Positions 1-12,000 of a stretch of DNA of 64,000 bases are shown here, piece after piece. The DNA is from Phoronis australis (taxonomy: Eukaryota > Animalia > Phoronida). The notes beneath the pieces are model-generated. The model saw nothing but the letters and a program-made list of their open reading frames with translations. It ran no database searches and was not told the DNA's origin. The stretch lies in the NCBI GenBank assembly GCA_002633005.1, contig NMRA01000455.1, forward strand, positions 276,595 to 340,594, read 5' to 3'. Position 1 is the stretch's first letter, and each line of letters starts with the position of its first letter. A program made the position numbers and the translations under genes.

Positions 1-264
1 TCCAGTTTCCTGCAGGATAGGGCGTCGTCAGACACATAGTCCAGAAAGTTCCGTTCTTGGCGAGCACGAGGATCCGTTCCAGACACCACCACGAACTTGT
101 GACCACAGTAGCAAATTAAGACATTGTCCTTTCCAGAAAATTCTTACCCGAGTCGCGACATAAATCTTGTAAAGTCAGCAAGCAGTTCAACTTTCCATGC
201 AAGGCCGTAGCACGGTCATAATTTTACAGACGTCGCCAGAGAAAAGTTCTGGTTTGTTCGATTT

Positions 265-277
265 ACGTTGGGCGCCA
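265..277 (-). promoter_or_regulatory. Primer-binding site complementary to tRNA-Lys(1,2) 3' end
   Basis: Minus strand TGGCGCCCAACGT, 2 nt after the LTR end; matches the first 13 nt of the Lys1,2 PBS TGGCGCCCAACGTGGGGC. Confidence 0.85.
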
Positions 278-279
278 AA

Positions 280-953
280 TGTAACAGAGCAAGTCTCCAC
301 TGAACCTCAAAATATGTATTTTATCTCATCAGGCATTCGTTTCAGTTCAATTTGCACATGATAACATCAACTTTCCATGAAAGCAAAAGAAGGAAACACC
401 CTTCTCCTAAGCCTGTCGCTAGCGAAGTCCCCGACACATACAGTCGCGCCCACATGCCCACGTAAAAAAGGCGAACTGAGACGCAACAAAGACATTAGCA
501 TAAGAATAACTGAACATTTGCAACTAAATAAGAATAACAATAAGCGTAAAGTTACGAACGTCCCGTCACACCATCATCACTCTATTCCACAAAATGTGTT
601 CTTTCGAAGGCTAAGAAAAGCCTTTTCACTGACTTTACACGTCAACTTGTGCGAATCTTTGAGCGCACGAGCATCCTGTGATCGCATTGATGTAACCAAA
701 TGCCGTTCAAAATGTAATCGAATGTTCCTGTCCATTCCGATCATCTTCGGGGTTTTTTCAAATCTCTTCACAACGTTTTGGGAAGAAAAAATAACTGGCA
801 GACCAAACGAGTGGTCGGCATAAGATCAATAGTCCAAACACACCGAGGGAATGTAATCATATAAGAAAAGAACACCATTGATACTTCTGTCCTCCGAAAC
901 ACGGTACCCTCTGACACAACGCCACCTATATTGAAAAGTGGCCCTGTGGTACA
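280..953 (-). mobile_element. 5' LTR of an LTR retrotransposon (Gypsy-like); internal leader continues 264->1 and out of the window
   Basis: Minus strand begins TGTACCACAG (953) and ends CTCTGTTACA (280), i.e. TG...CA with short inverted ends. It is followed by TT and a PBS. The outer boundary (953) is less certain than the PBS side. Confidence 0.75.
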
Positions 954-1029
954 TGATGAAGACACACCGAATTCCGTGAGTGGGCATCAGTGCGCATGTC
1001 TTGGTCGTAACCGATCACATCGCCACCAT

Positions 1030-1229
1030 TTGCAGATCTACGTTTTCAGCAAGGGGGGTTTAGGATTCGAGCGAATCCGAGGCGCATAGAGCCGAGGGGT
1101 GTAAGATTTTTTTGTGGTTTTTAGTAGCTTATTTCGTTTTTTTGGCGATTTTTTTCAATTTTTATTTTTGATCCTGTCCCGAGGGCGGGGGTTTGAACCT
1201 CTTGAACCCCCCCTGTAGATCCGCTTCTG
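1030..1229. mobile_element. MITE of the CAGGGGCGGATCCAG family, left end eroded
   Basis: GCAGATCTA...GGGGGG at left, CCCCCCCTGTAGATCCGCTTCTG at right; same terminus type as 14837 and 15526. Confidence 0.55.
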
Positions 1230-1277
1230 ATGCGAAGTGGAGCTTTCAACCTACTGATATAAAGAGTGTTTTAATAC

Positions 1278-1720
1278 CTTTCCTGCCATCACAATACCGA
1301 CAAAATTCCACGGCTGTGCTGGGTAGGGTGTACTAATGGCTCGCAGAAAAAACCAAAACCTCTTGAAATACATGTTTCCATGGATGAAAGACGTCATGTT
1401 CCATATACATTTTCCACTGCGAAGAAGTTTACGCGCGCACGCGGAGTCAGGACTCCTACTGATAAAGCGGGTGAATTTCAGTCCCAGTCGATGTCAAAAA
1501 CTAAAATGAATTAGTGAATTTAACCCAATTAAACAATGGGAGGAACTGACAATAGGATTTATTTCTCTGTTTATAGATTGATAAACCATTAAATTGGTAC
1601 GTGAACTTCTATCCACCACGTCCGAGTTGGGATCAAGCGGAAGTAGCTTTCATGTTGTCGTTTCTTTGGACAGCACCGAATATGAAAAGTTCGCTAATGT
1701 GTTGACTCGAAGCCATTGTC
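1278..1720 (+). mobile_element. Decayed THAP-bearing DNA transposon fragment; diverged copy of 46615-46990
   Basis: Colinear similarity to 46.6-47.0 kb (TGTACTAATG, TCATGTTCCATA..CATTTTCCACTG, CTAAAATGAATT.GTGAA). Translation has C-x-V-G-C-T-N. Confidence 0.5.
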
Positions 1721-2857
1721 TTAACAACTGAGAGAGTTTCAAATTGAAGGATTCTTGCCTAATTTTTTAAAATCTAAATGCAACCCGTTCGAGATGATGA
1801 ATGCGCGTGTTATCCACCGTTTCGGCACCGGTGATTTTCTTTCCGTGTTTCCAATTATACGCGTTTCGTGTAAATTATTTAGGCTATAAGCGGACATTTA
1901 TTACGAAGGATAGGAATTCCTGCTCCTCCTGAGAAAGTTGTTCGCCAAATTTCAAGGAACATTCAGAGAAAAACATGAAAACTTGGCGACTAAGGGGCAT
2001 GCCGATTCTCAGATCCGTCCGAATCTCGTCGTCACCTGTCTTCAGCTTCATATGAACGCATCTGCCAAATCTCAATAAGATCCTGCCAGGAGTTTAGGAG
2101 ATGCAGTTGCGGACACTGGACGCCGAATGACAGACACACTGTAATGACTGCAATATGCAACCATAATTGTATATGTGGGTGCACGCAAATAAGAATATCG
2201 TTTTACAGCAAATATGTAAATTAAACATTGAATTCCACGAATTCACAGTAGACCACTACTGACCTCCGGTCGGTGAACCGTCGTATCACTATAATGTGGC
2301 GGTGGGGGGAGCAAATGTCTCCCAGATTCGGGCAAAAATTTAGAAAACTTCGGTCAAAACAAGGAATATTCGAGCAGCCCGTGATTTACATGTAGCACTC
2401 ATGGAGAGGTCTCACCAGTAACAACGGATACAAAAACCAGAACGACAAGCACTACAACATAACAATCATTATAACAAAATAACAAAACAAAACGAATAAC
2501 ATGATAACGTCACGAGAGTAGCCATGCGTTATACAACTCTACCGCTTAGTGATATTCAAGGTGATATTCAATAACGAATATTTCTTAGCAACTAATTTCA
2601 AATAAATACATAGTACCTTATTAGCTACGCACGTTGGTTGCAGTGATAGGACAACGAAAACATGGAGCACCCAGACAAGGCTGACAGTTTATTGACAAGA
2701 GCAACGCATCGCGTTGGTGTGAGACCACCGCATGCATTGCAAAAGGAAAAAAAATCAATAAGAATGTAAAACTAACACCTAACATCGAGCAAAAAGGGCG
2801 CCGGATACACAGTAATATGCGTCCACATTACCTGGACGCATAAAAATACATTCTTAC

Positions 2858-3018
2858 CTCCACGCAGACGAACACGGACAAGATTCTGATACATCAAACG
2901 GTTGAATTCAGCGACTGCGTCATACCATGGCTGAACCAACATTAGGGGTATATTTAATGTGTAGTCTCTGACTTGTTGGTTGAAGAACGTTTGGACAATA
3001 GTACCGTCACGGTCCAAG
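2858..3018 (-). CDS. BBOX1: BBOX-like copy A coding exon 5
   Basis: TAG|..LDRDGTIVQTFFNQQVRDY...VRVRLRG G|GTAAG; 161 nt. Confidence 0.9.
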
Positions 3019-6000
3019 CTATGCAAAAACAAACAGACATTATCTAGCAATCTCTTTGACTGAGGAGTAAATGATAAATTGTTGGCGGTCGCCCATTCAT
3101 GAAATATTGGTATAACGTAGTAAAGAATGTCCGCGTGAGTGTAAATCTTAAATGTGAGGGATGTTTTAGGTACGTACGTTTACTCGTGGATCCATCGATA
3201 GAATGCATTCGCGCACCCAGCCTAAAATGGAGAGGGCTCGAATTTTTGAGAATGTGGACCTTTTACTAAAAATAAGCAAAAAACGGGGTACGCACAGAGC
3301 TATGAATTGTGCATTCGCCGAATTTTGTTAGTTCCTGCCATTTTAGTGAACCTTTGTCTCGTTTTCTACTATTTTGGAAATTTTATTTCTCTGAGAAGGA
3401 CCTTTTTGCCCACTTCGCTAAATGGGGGGTGGGCTCGTTCGAGCCCCCAAGACCCCTTGGGTGTACGCATGGAGTGCCGCCAATAGATGGCATTGTCTTA
3501 TGTGTATCTACACCTTAGGCGCTGACAAATGAATCGGTTATGTGACTTTTATCTTGCCAAAGAGCATTTTGCAGAAAAATCTATATGACACAAGGCCAAA
3601 AAAGCATACTAGTTCTGATCTTTTGAAAACCGAGTTGGTAATTTTTAACTGATTACTTTTCCAAAAACTAAACCGAAGCGAGAGTTGTTTACCTATCGCT
3701 TGGCAAACATTGACGTTTTAAATCTTGTTTACGTACCTTTGTGCAGCTGTTAAAAAATTACAACAAAAACACGAGACCTTGGCTTTAATTGATGCACGCG
3801 GGAATTTTTTAGTCGATGATCGAAGGTCTCAAAATAAGTCTACATGTAGGTACAGACCCTAACCAATTGTATTTTTTGCCCTATCAAGTCAAAGATAGCT
3901 TTTATTGTCCCTGATTCGCCTGCTCCCACATGAACACTTGCAAAACTAGTGATGGCTACACCTATGAATACAAAGAAATGCAGGTACAAAAATCTAAAGC
4001 CCCTACTGAACGACATAGTGGTTTTCAAATCCGCCCAAAATCTGCTTCAGCCCTGCTCTCGTCAATAAGAAAATATCCTCCAAATTTCATGACAAAGCTT
4101 CACTGAATTTGGTAAATATTATGCCAGCACAACAAATAAAGCTGCCACTAGATGAGAAATCTGTCCAGATCCGTTCAAAATCAACGGCAGCCATCCAAAA
4201 TTAAATGACCTTCATCTAACTTGGTAGATATTGAGGCAGGGAGAAACAATCAAGTTGGTACTACAAGGCATATCGATATTTGATCGAGTACAAAAATCAT
4301 ACAGTCAGTCACACTTTCGTTACTAGGAACATATCCCTAAAATTTCATTACGGATTTTACACAGCTTGAGATATACTGAGGCGAAATGTAAAAAAATGAA
4401 TACCAAACTACTGCATTTTCCTCTAGGGGTGAAACAAGTGCAAAGGGGATTTCGGTTGGAAAATTATCGAGTTGCGTCCTGGCCTGAAACGGCTCAGACA
4501 AATTTCATCAAGATTCATCCATATACTTTGTGAATATACTTGCAAATATGAAAACGTAAGTAAAAAAATTGAAGTCAGATCAGTGTCAAACGGGGTCGTC
4601 ATTCACTGTCGGTTTCCCAAGAACACTTCCACCAGAAATGAAGATCCAGCAAGACCAACAGAGATGATGACAGTATGCACCCGTATTTGTATACATAAGC
4701 GCACAAATAAAAAAGACATGGAAATATGTTCTTACTCTATAAGTGGGCGCCTGTAGTGAAGGTGGAAGTCATACTCTGATCTTCCGATGTCGTAATGATC
4801 GACGTCAACAGTGGCCAAGAGATTGAATGCATTCGGGTCTTTTTGCTTCAACAACTGCGCGGCGTAAATTCCGTCTGCGAACTCATTGCCGCCACCCTCG
4901 CCCCCACACTGCTTTATGCAGTGAAGAATCTGGATATTAGGAGAGTATTTATAGTATGGCAGATCCGAGTGTAAGCCTAGTCTTCTGTCGGTGTAAGCGA
5001 CATTGTTTGGATTATTTAACGTGACAACGTCGAATGTCAGTCTGAAAGGTATTATTATACGATACGTTAATGAACAATATGAAAAGTTTGTAAACTGGGT
5101 CATGAACTTTCAGGTAAACGCAATTCTCTAACAAAAAGGATATGATTTCTGGTTGTTCTTTCATTTTGATTTCCCAGATAAAATTTCTCTAGGGACAGAT
5201 TAATGGAAGTTAACAATGCAAAATTTCTCACAAAAAGAGTCTGAATAAGTGCAAGTCGTCCAAACAAAATGTCATTCAAATAGACAATACATATGCATAT
5301 CACTGTGATCATAACGTCTCAATAGTTGATAAAAAAAACCCAGCTTTATTCATATCCGGCCTCACATATGGCGAAAGAAAACGCGTCCCAGTCTGTGAAT
5401 AACGTTTTACACTTGCGACATTTAGCGAGCTGACTAGGTATGACATGTGACCTATTTTGATTTAAAATTATATCACAAACTCGTTCTTTCGGGCGTCGTC
5501 CGCAACTTTTACTCCTTGAAAAGGAAACCTATCAGTGTCAAGTCTCAAACAATATTTCAAAGGCAGAACAAATTGTGCGCTGAAAATTGTTAAAGTTAGT
5601 AATAAATTAGGAGAGGTTCAGTTCATGCAATATGAAAATAAAAAAAAATAAATCTAGAGTTCATATTGCATGTTTGAGACAGCTCAGCTCAGTTCAAGTT
5701 TATCCTCCGGGTGCTTTAATACCGTCGGACCGGCTCACTCACCACGACGTGAGTGTAAAAAGTCATTGAGAGACTGGGTCGCGCTTGTATGGCCGAACGT
5801 TGCTTTTTCCCCTGCACAAAAATGGATTTGACGCCAATACGCTTACGCGATAATTTACGATAGATTGCGAGCTCACCCGTAGTTGGTTTCATGCATGCGG
5901 GAATTCACCGTTCTCGTGCTCAGTTCCGACAAAGCAGTGTGGGGCGGACTACCTTCCACAATCGTGAGGCCGCTAACCCATAGTTTGTGCAGAAATTCCA

Positions 6001-9000
6001 AGAGAACTTGATCGTCGTCCATAATCTTGAAAGAAAGCGACTCGTGACATCAATACTCATGTTTTCACAACTCTATAAATTAAATCAACACACCGTGCTG
6101 TGGTCTCGGTTCGAGCAATAACGAATTGCCAGTCCTTGCCCAGCCCGGGAACCACATCCAATCTGAATAAACAATATTTTGAGACAATGCAAATGTGCAC
6201 TTCATAAATCCTGTTGACGTCATCACGGAAGCCAGTCTTCTTTCGTCACAAACCAAACACACGTTTTCAGTGACGTAGTCTAATTTCTCATGAGCATGAC
6301 AATGGTCTCTAGTTCAATCCCAGCTTCTGCCAAGAAAAAGGGAAATATTAAAGCTCATTACAGACCGTCAGAGTGCACCACACACCTGTGCTCTTTCTTT
6401 TTATGGTGACAGGACGGTGTAGTGGTTAGAGTATTGGACTGTTAATATAAAGGTCCCTAGTTAAATCTCAGCTTGCGCCAAGAAAAGAAGAAAAAAAGTG
6501 CTCATCATTGACCAACAGGAGTGTACGACCCACTCGTGCTCGTTTGTTTGAGAACGCTGTAACACCTGAAGATCGACCGATAAATGACCGACCGAAACGT
6601 CAGCCAAAGTGTAAACGCTAACGGTTGATGTAAGTAGAACAATAAACATTAGAAATGATGTCAAGATTACTTTCCCACGAGCTGTGGTTTTGTTTTCATG
6701 CACTAAGATCCCTTCTTCTTGTACTTTCCTCGTTGATTATCATTATTTTGGTCACACGGACAACTGCTCTTACTCGTGAGAGATTGATGAAAGAGTTTCG
6801 TTCGTAAAAAAACTCCGAGTTAAAAAAGAAGATTGAGTGTGCGCTGGTAAAAAAATATCGATGCTTGAAAATACAGCTCACAAGACAAGAAAACCGCTTG
6901 CAAGACAAGAAAACCGCTCTATGTAACATGCCTGGTAGGGGTCGTGTTGGAGACTGACTGGCATAGACGGATGACGACAAACAAATCTAGAAAATACAAA
7001 ATACAAATAAGAGACTAGTCAATATGAATATTCCACGATAATGTCCATAAACATGACAATGGCACTGAAAAGGAACGTCTTCCGCCAGTTTGTTGAAAAG
7101 TTCACGCAGAAAACATTGTTTTTCAAAACAACTCTACTAAAGACACGACTGAAAAGATTGGTGCGCGCAGCCGAAGAACCAAACAAGGCAGCACTTCATG
7201 AAATTGTGTGGATATAAAATTTGTACCCTCTAAGTCATCACCATCACCATCACCATCACCAACATCGGCATCAATCTTATTTTAATTCATTCCACACCCT
7301 CTTACACGTTTGTCACTGAAGTGTAGTCCATTTAGGAACACTTCTCGACAGGTAGATTTAATCCTATTTGACCATCCATGTTCACCATGTCAAAGTTCTA
7401 AAACTTGCATAGACTTGGTTAGATACTGTTATCAGAGCCAGTTAACAAATTACTGTAAAATACAAAACGGATTAACTGGAAAAATATTTTCTTCATTAAC
7501 ATAGCAAAATTCATCTTAACTTCAGTTTTGAGATTAAATGCATTTTTTCTGTTTTATTCAGGTGTGTGTTACGAAACCTTTTCGGGTCCATAGCGGTATT
7601 TCGCGGTACTTATAATTTTATCGCTTACAATTCCCAAACCTTGTACCAGTTTTACCAGAAAGGGTGACTGTTTTGTTCATGCCCAATGTTCCCCTGTCCT
7701 TCTGGTCTCCCGTCCCGACGTTCCCTTGGCTCAAGCTGATTCCTTAGCTTGATGATCGATCATTCCAATACCTAACCACCTTGGTAATTTGCGAGTCATT
7801 CCAAGTTTTCTTTAAATTGAACGCTCAGAAAAGTTCTGTTAGTCGTAGAAAAACTTCGCCATCTTTTTATTTGTGTTCTTATTTTCTAAATAAAACCTTT
7901 TGAAACAAATGACACATGGCCAAAACTCAACAATGGCGCCTACTCGAGATTTCAGTGGAAGCAAACGTCAGAGTGCAGCGGCACCTTTCCAGTCTCACGC
8001 TGACTAGGTATGTATCTAGTCTTATCTAAAGGCAGAAATTTGTCAAAGACAAAACAAGATGGAATGGTGTGTCGTCTGCGACCAATTATATTTATAATAC
8101 ACAGCGGGAGTATGTCTCCTGTTCATTGCCAAAAAACTCGCTTATATTAACTTTGCATTTGCCTTCCACCACCCGTTGCTCATCGAAAAATGCCCCCAGG
8201 TTGCCACTCATTTCAAACCCTTCAAAAGTTTCGTTTGTTTGCGCATGTGCTGAGTTCACACACTTATTGCCCAACAAAAGCATTGGTCAAACCACAACAA
8301 GTGTCAGCCCCTTTCACAGACAGCAAGACAAATTTTTCTTTTGAAAATTAGGGCTCATGTTAATGGTGTTATAGCAAATAACTCACAGTTTACCAATTAA
8401 GAATTGACACACGTCGGCTTGATGTAATGCAAATTGTTAAACCGTTCTTACTAAAGAATAAATGAGATCGTGAATTGACATACCCGGTAATGAATTTTTA
8501 TCACCGTCTGGTGTAAATTTGATTTTTTCATAAACAAGTGCTTTCCAAATATATACGCCCTGTAAAGATTTGCAGTATAAATCAACTAGCGACATTGTCA
8601 TTTTTGGTAATACATTTTTGTTTACAACTTCAATAACAGTATTAAAATGTTTGGGATGATAGGATAATAGCTCCATGTTTCACCACCAGGTAGGGCCACT
8701 TGTAACTGCAAAAATTTCGCAGGATGTGACTATTGTTAAAGTAAAAACTTTCATGATTAAGAAATTCTGAAAAGAAAGGCATTTTTCATGATCAGCTGTG
8801 CTTAATCCAGAGATATTGTTAATAAAACCAAATGTGCTAGATCTGGTTTCCAGTGCTACACTGTATTTACAAGGTGGAAGCACCCTCAATCAAGTGACGA
8901 ATAAATTATGAGGTGGGTGAGACCGACCCGCTTGGATTGGCTGTTGATGTCAACCTGTGAGCAGGTGACCAGAGTAATTGTCTACCATTCAAAATGCGGC

Positions 9001-12000
9001 ATAATGGTGAAACTGTTATTTGACAATACTTGAACCATTGACCCACTGGATATGTGCTGCACGGGTCACGAGTTTTTTTTGTCCGACTGCGACCGTGTGA
9101 CCCAGTCACGGTCGTCTGGCTAGCCGAAACGTTAGCACTGCGGTTGTCACTACACTTGGGCTGGACCTCCGAGACAAGAAGCAAATTATCTACATCATTC
9201 GTTATTACAATAAATTGGTGAAAATAGCAAAAAAACACGAGACGGCTCGGCAACATGTGTTTTTAAGGGACTATTCAAGAGCCTCCCTAGGAGTGTGCAC
9301 TGCTGTCGGTTGTGCGGTCTGTCGCTGGTCTGCTCAAGCCAACTATTTTTCTGGCCTGTCAAATATTGGTCGCCCTGTCGGGCAAGAATTCGTCAGTAAC
9401 CTTCTTTTTATTTTGTGCTATCATGCTTTTTCAACACTGAGCCCCAGAGATGCCGCTTCAGTACTGATCGCATAGATTACACAGACAGGTTCAACCAAGC
9501 AACGAAATCAACGTTTTGTTGCTATTTGAATAGACGTTTACCTAGAAAAGGCATTAAAACAACAATGCACGCTGTAATGGTCGACTGTGCATTCATTTAC
9601 TGATATTATCATTGTGCGCCATTTAGCTCTAGGACGGCGACTATCGCGCATGTACTACCTTGACTAGTGTGTTGTGGGCGCCTCATGCTGTTTGACCGAA
9701 AGAAAATTAAACAAAGCTCGTTTGAAAAATCTTATTGTACTTGCCTATGACAACAACTCTCCTATTCGTAAAATAGGTCAGGCGAAAAAAGCGTAGAAGT
9801 TCAAGGCTAAAGTACATGTATAACCGCCGGTGTCAATGACCTGATTGGTGTGCTAAATTAGAAACTGGGCCACCGACTCAAACAAACGCTCGCCCGCATC
9901 AATAACAACCAGATTCTCGCATTTTAGCACAAATTCTCGCCTTGCAGCAAAGCACTATAGATATACAGCCTTGGACCGATGTTTGTGAAATACAAACCAA
10001 AGAAAATCTGACACAAAATTAAGTCTCGTTGCACCTTGCGAGCTACATTCAAGGTGAGTGTCAACGAATCACGATACCCTAAGATATAGCCCGGAAGCTC
10101 TGTCAATCTCAATAGCACAAGGCGAAGAATTGGATCTGCATAGTTAGCACTTAAAGCCGTGACTGACTACCACCGTTCAACAACCTCAAGTCGAAATCCT
10201 CATCATGAGTTGGGAGATTCCATCAATAACGCTGCTATCGTTTTCAAATGCATGATGAGGCGGTTGTCGGTTCGTAAACATTCGGTGACAGTGCACCAAA
10301 ATTGGTGACTTGTGAACAACACGACGAAAAGCACTTGTCTTCAGGTCATCACAATAGACAGTAGCATGGTTTTAGGTGTGGGTATACTGAATAACGGTCT
10401 GTTATGGACTGTTTTTAAAATATTCCATTTTTGCATCATGAGGGCTACAAAAATAGGACTTGTATGATTTTTATGAATAAAATTGAGTTGCATAAATCGA
10501 AAACAAAACGATAATCTAAGAAACTGCAACAGAGTTTTCGAGATTTTATCTTGGACATTTAAATCATACGAAGTCTGCTCATTCTAATGATCCTGTCGTT
10601 TTGCTATGAATGCATATTTCTTTTTATCAAATTTTAATGAAAAAACATGGCCACGTTATCGGATTAATAGCAGAATACCATAAAGTCAAAAATAAAATTC
10701 TACGGAATTTCTACTTTTAGAAAATATATACTTTTGCAAAGTTAAATTCTATAGTTTTGTAGAAATTCGCGGGGCTAAATGTACAGAGTTGTCGATCAGG
10801 CCTAACATAACCTTAAGGAGAGACTGAACGTTTTCGACCACTACATATCCATTTAACTAATTATCAACAAATTCTTTAAAGGTATATATTGTTTTAAACT
10901 AGAAAGTCTGTGGACTTCGATTGCAATATGTAATTAAATAGTTTTTATTTTATGCAAATGCTTCATAAAAATCCTAAAAGTTTTTTTTTTCTGATATCCC
11001 TCACATGGAAGTGGAACGTTTCAAAAACAAACTCGTATCAATGCCTTAGAGAACAGTGCAAAGCATAGCAGGTGAAAGTTTCGTACGAATCCCATCCACC
11101 ATTTACCAAATTTAAATACTTTTCTAAGATACTCCATAACCTTAAAAGACAGAGCGAGAAGACGATTATATTTTACATGCCATAACCATTAGCATTACGT
11201 AAGGGCCTCTTCATACATTTCTTACCTTATCATAGTTAAAATATGGAACAATATAATCTTCATCCCATGCTTCCTGGGGCGGATTGAACTCGTTCAGCCT
11301 TGACAGCTGTTCTTTTGGGTCAAAACTTTTGGTCGTCAACCAGTCGACCGAGAATTCACTCTGATGTCCATCCGTCCATTCACATTTCAGTGTCTTTCCA
11401 TCGTCGCTTGCCTAAAATTCCAGCAACAAGCATCAGCCACTACGCAAATTGAAACATACAAATCTTTGCATCTCGGTGTGTGGGGACTGTAAAATTCCAA
11501 CCCTCCCCCATCCCGGTGAAAATGCTTATATTCTGGAAGGGGCACATCAGCCGATTGGTAACGAAATAAGCGTTTTTTTTTTGCTAAAAACGACCCACAT
11601 ACCTTTTCAACGAAAAAGACAGGACATAGAGCTTTTTTGCCAAGGGAGTGACCCCTATTACTACTTGCAATAAGTTTCCTATCAGAAGCTGTCTTCTTAA
11701 AACTGCTTTGGGGTACGTGGGGATGTGGTAACACTATTTTTTAAATCTAAGTCTAGGCTGTTTACATCATCCTCTCACTAGCCTATTTACATTGGCACGA
11801 CGTTTTGGTCAGCCATTTCTCCGGCCATTTTAAGGACTTAAAGCGTTCTAAGAAGAACGAGCACGGGTATATGGAACACTCAGGGTGATTAATGTTGAAA
11901 GTTTCTTTTTCTTGGCGCAAGCTGGGATTGAAGTACATGTAGGGATCTTCAGATTGTCATTCCGGTATTCTAACCACTACACCACGAGTCATCCATTAAT

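Noticed and set aside
300-350. CTGATGA and GAAA on the minus strand of the LTR as a hammerhead
   Set aside because: The stem is followed by GAGG, not GAAA, and no consistent three-stem topology forms.
377-823. 148-aa ORF and most other short ORFs in the track
   Set aside because: Lies antisense within the LTR; no recognisable domain. Many tracked ORFs use non-ATG starts that do not apply to a eukaryote.
1884-2075. Candidate last exon of BBOX copy A (LKTGDD...)
   Set aside because: No N-x-R-x-L-H-G-R motif and no similarity to 20382-20536.
4960-4975. Leu after HxD (Tyr in human BBOX1) as evidence of a new function
   Set aside because: HxDLP is common in invertebrate and bacterial BBOX, so it is not diagnostic.
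6408-6480. Functional tRNA gene
   Set aside because: Acceptor and anticodon stems are broken, the anticodon differs among copies, and it is embedded in a repeat.
7900-9700. Possible transposase ORFs
   Set aside because: No convincing motif in any frame and no termini identified.
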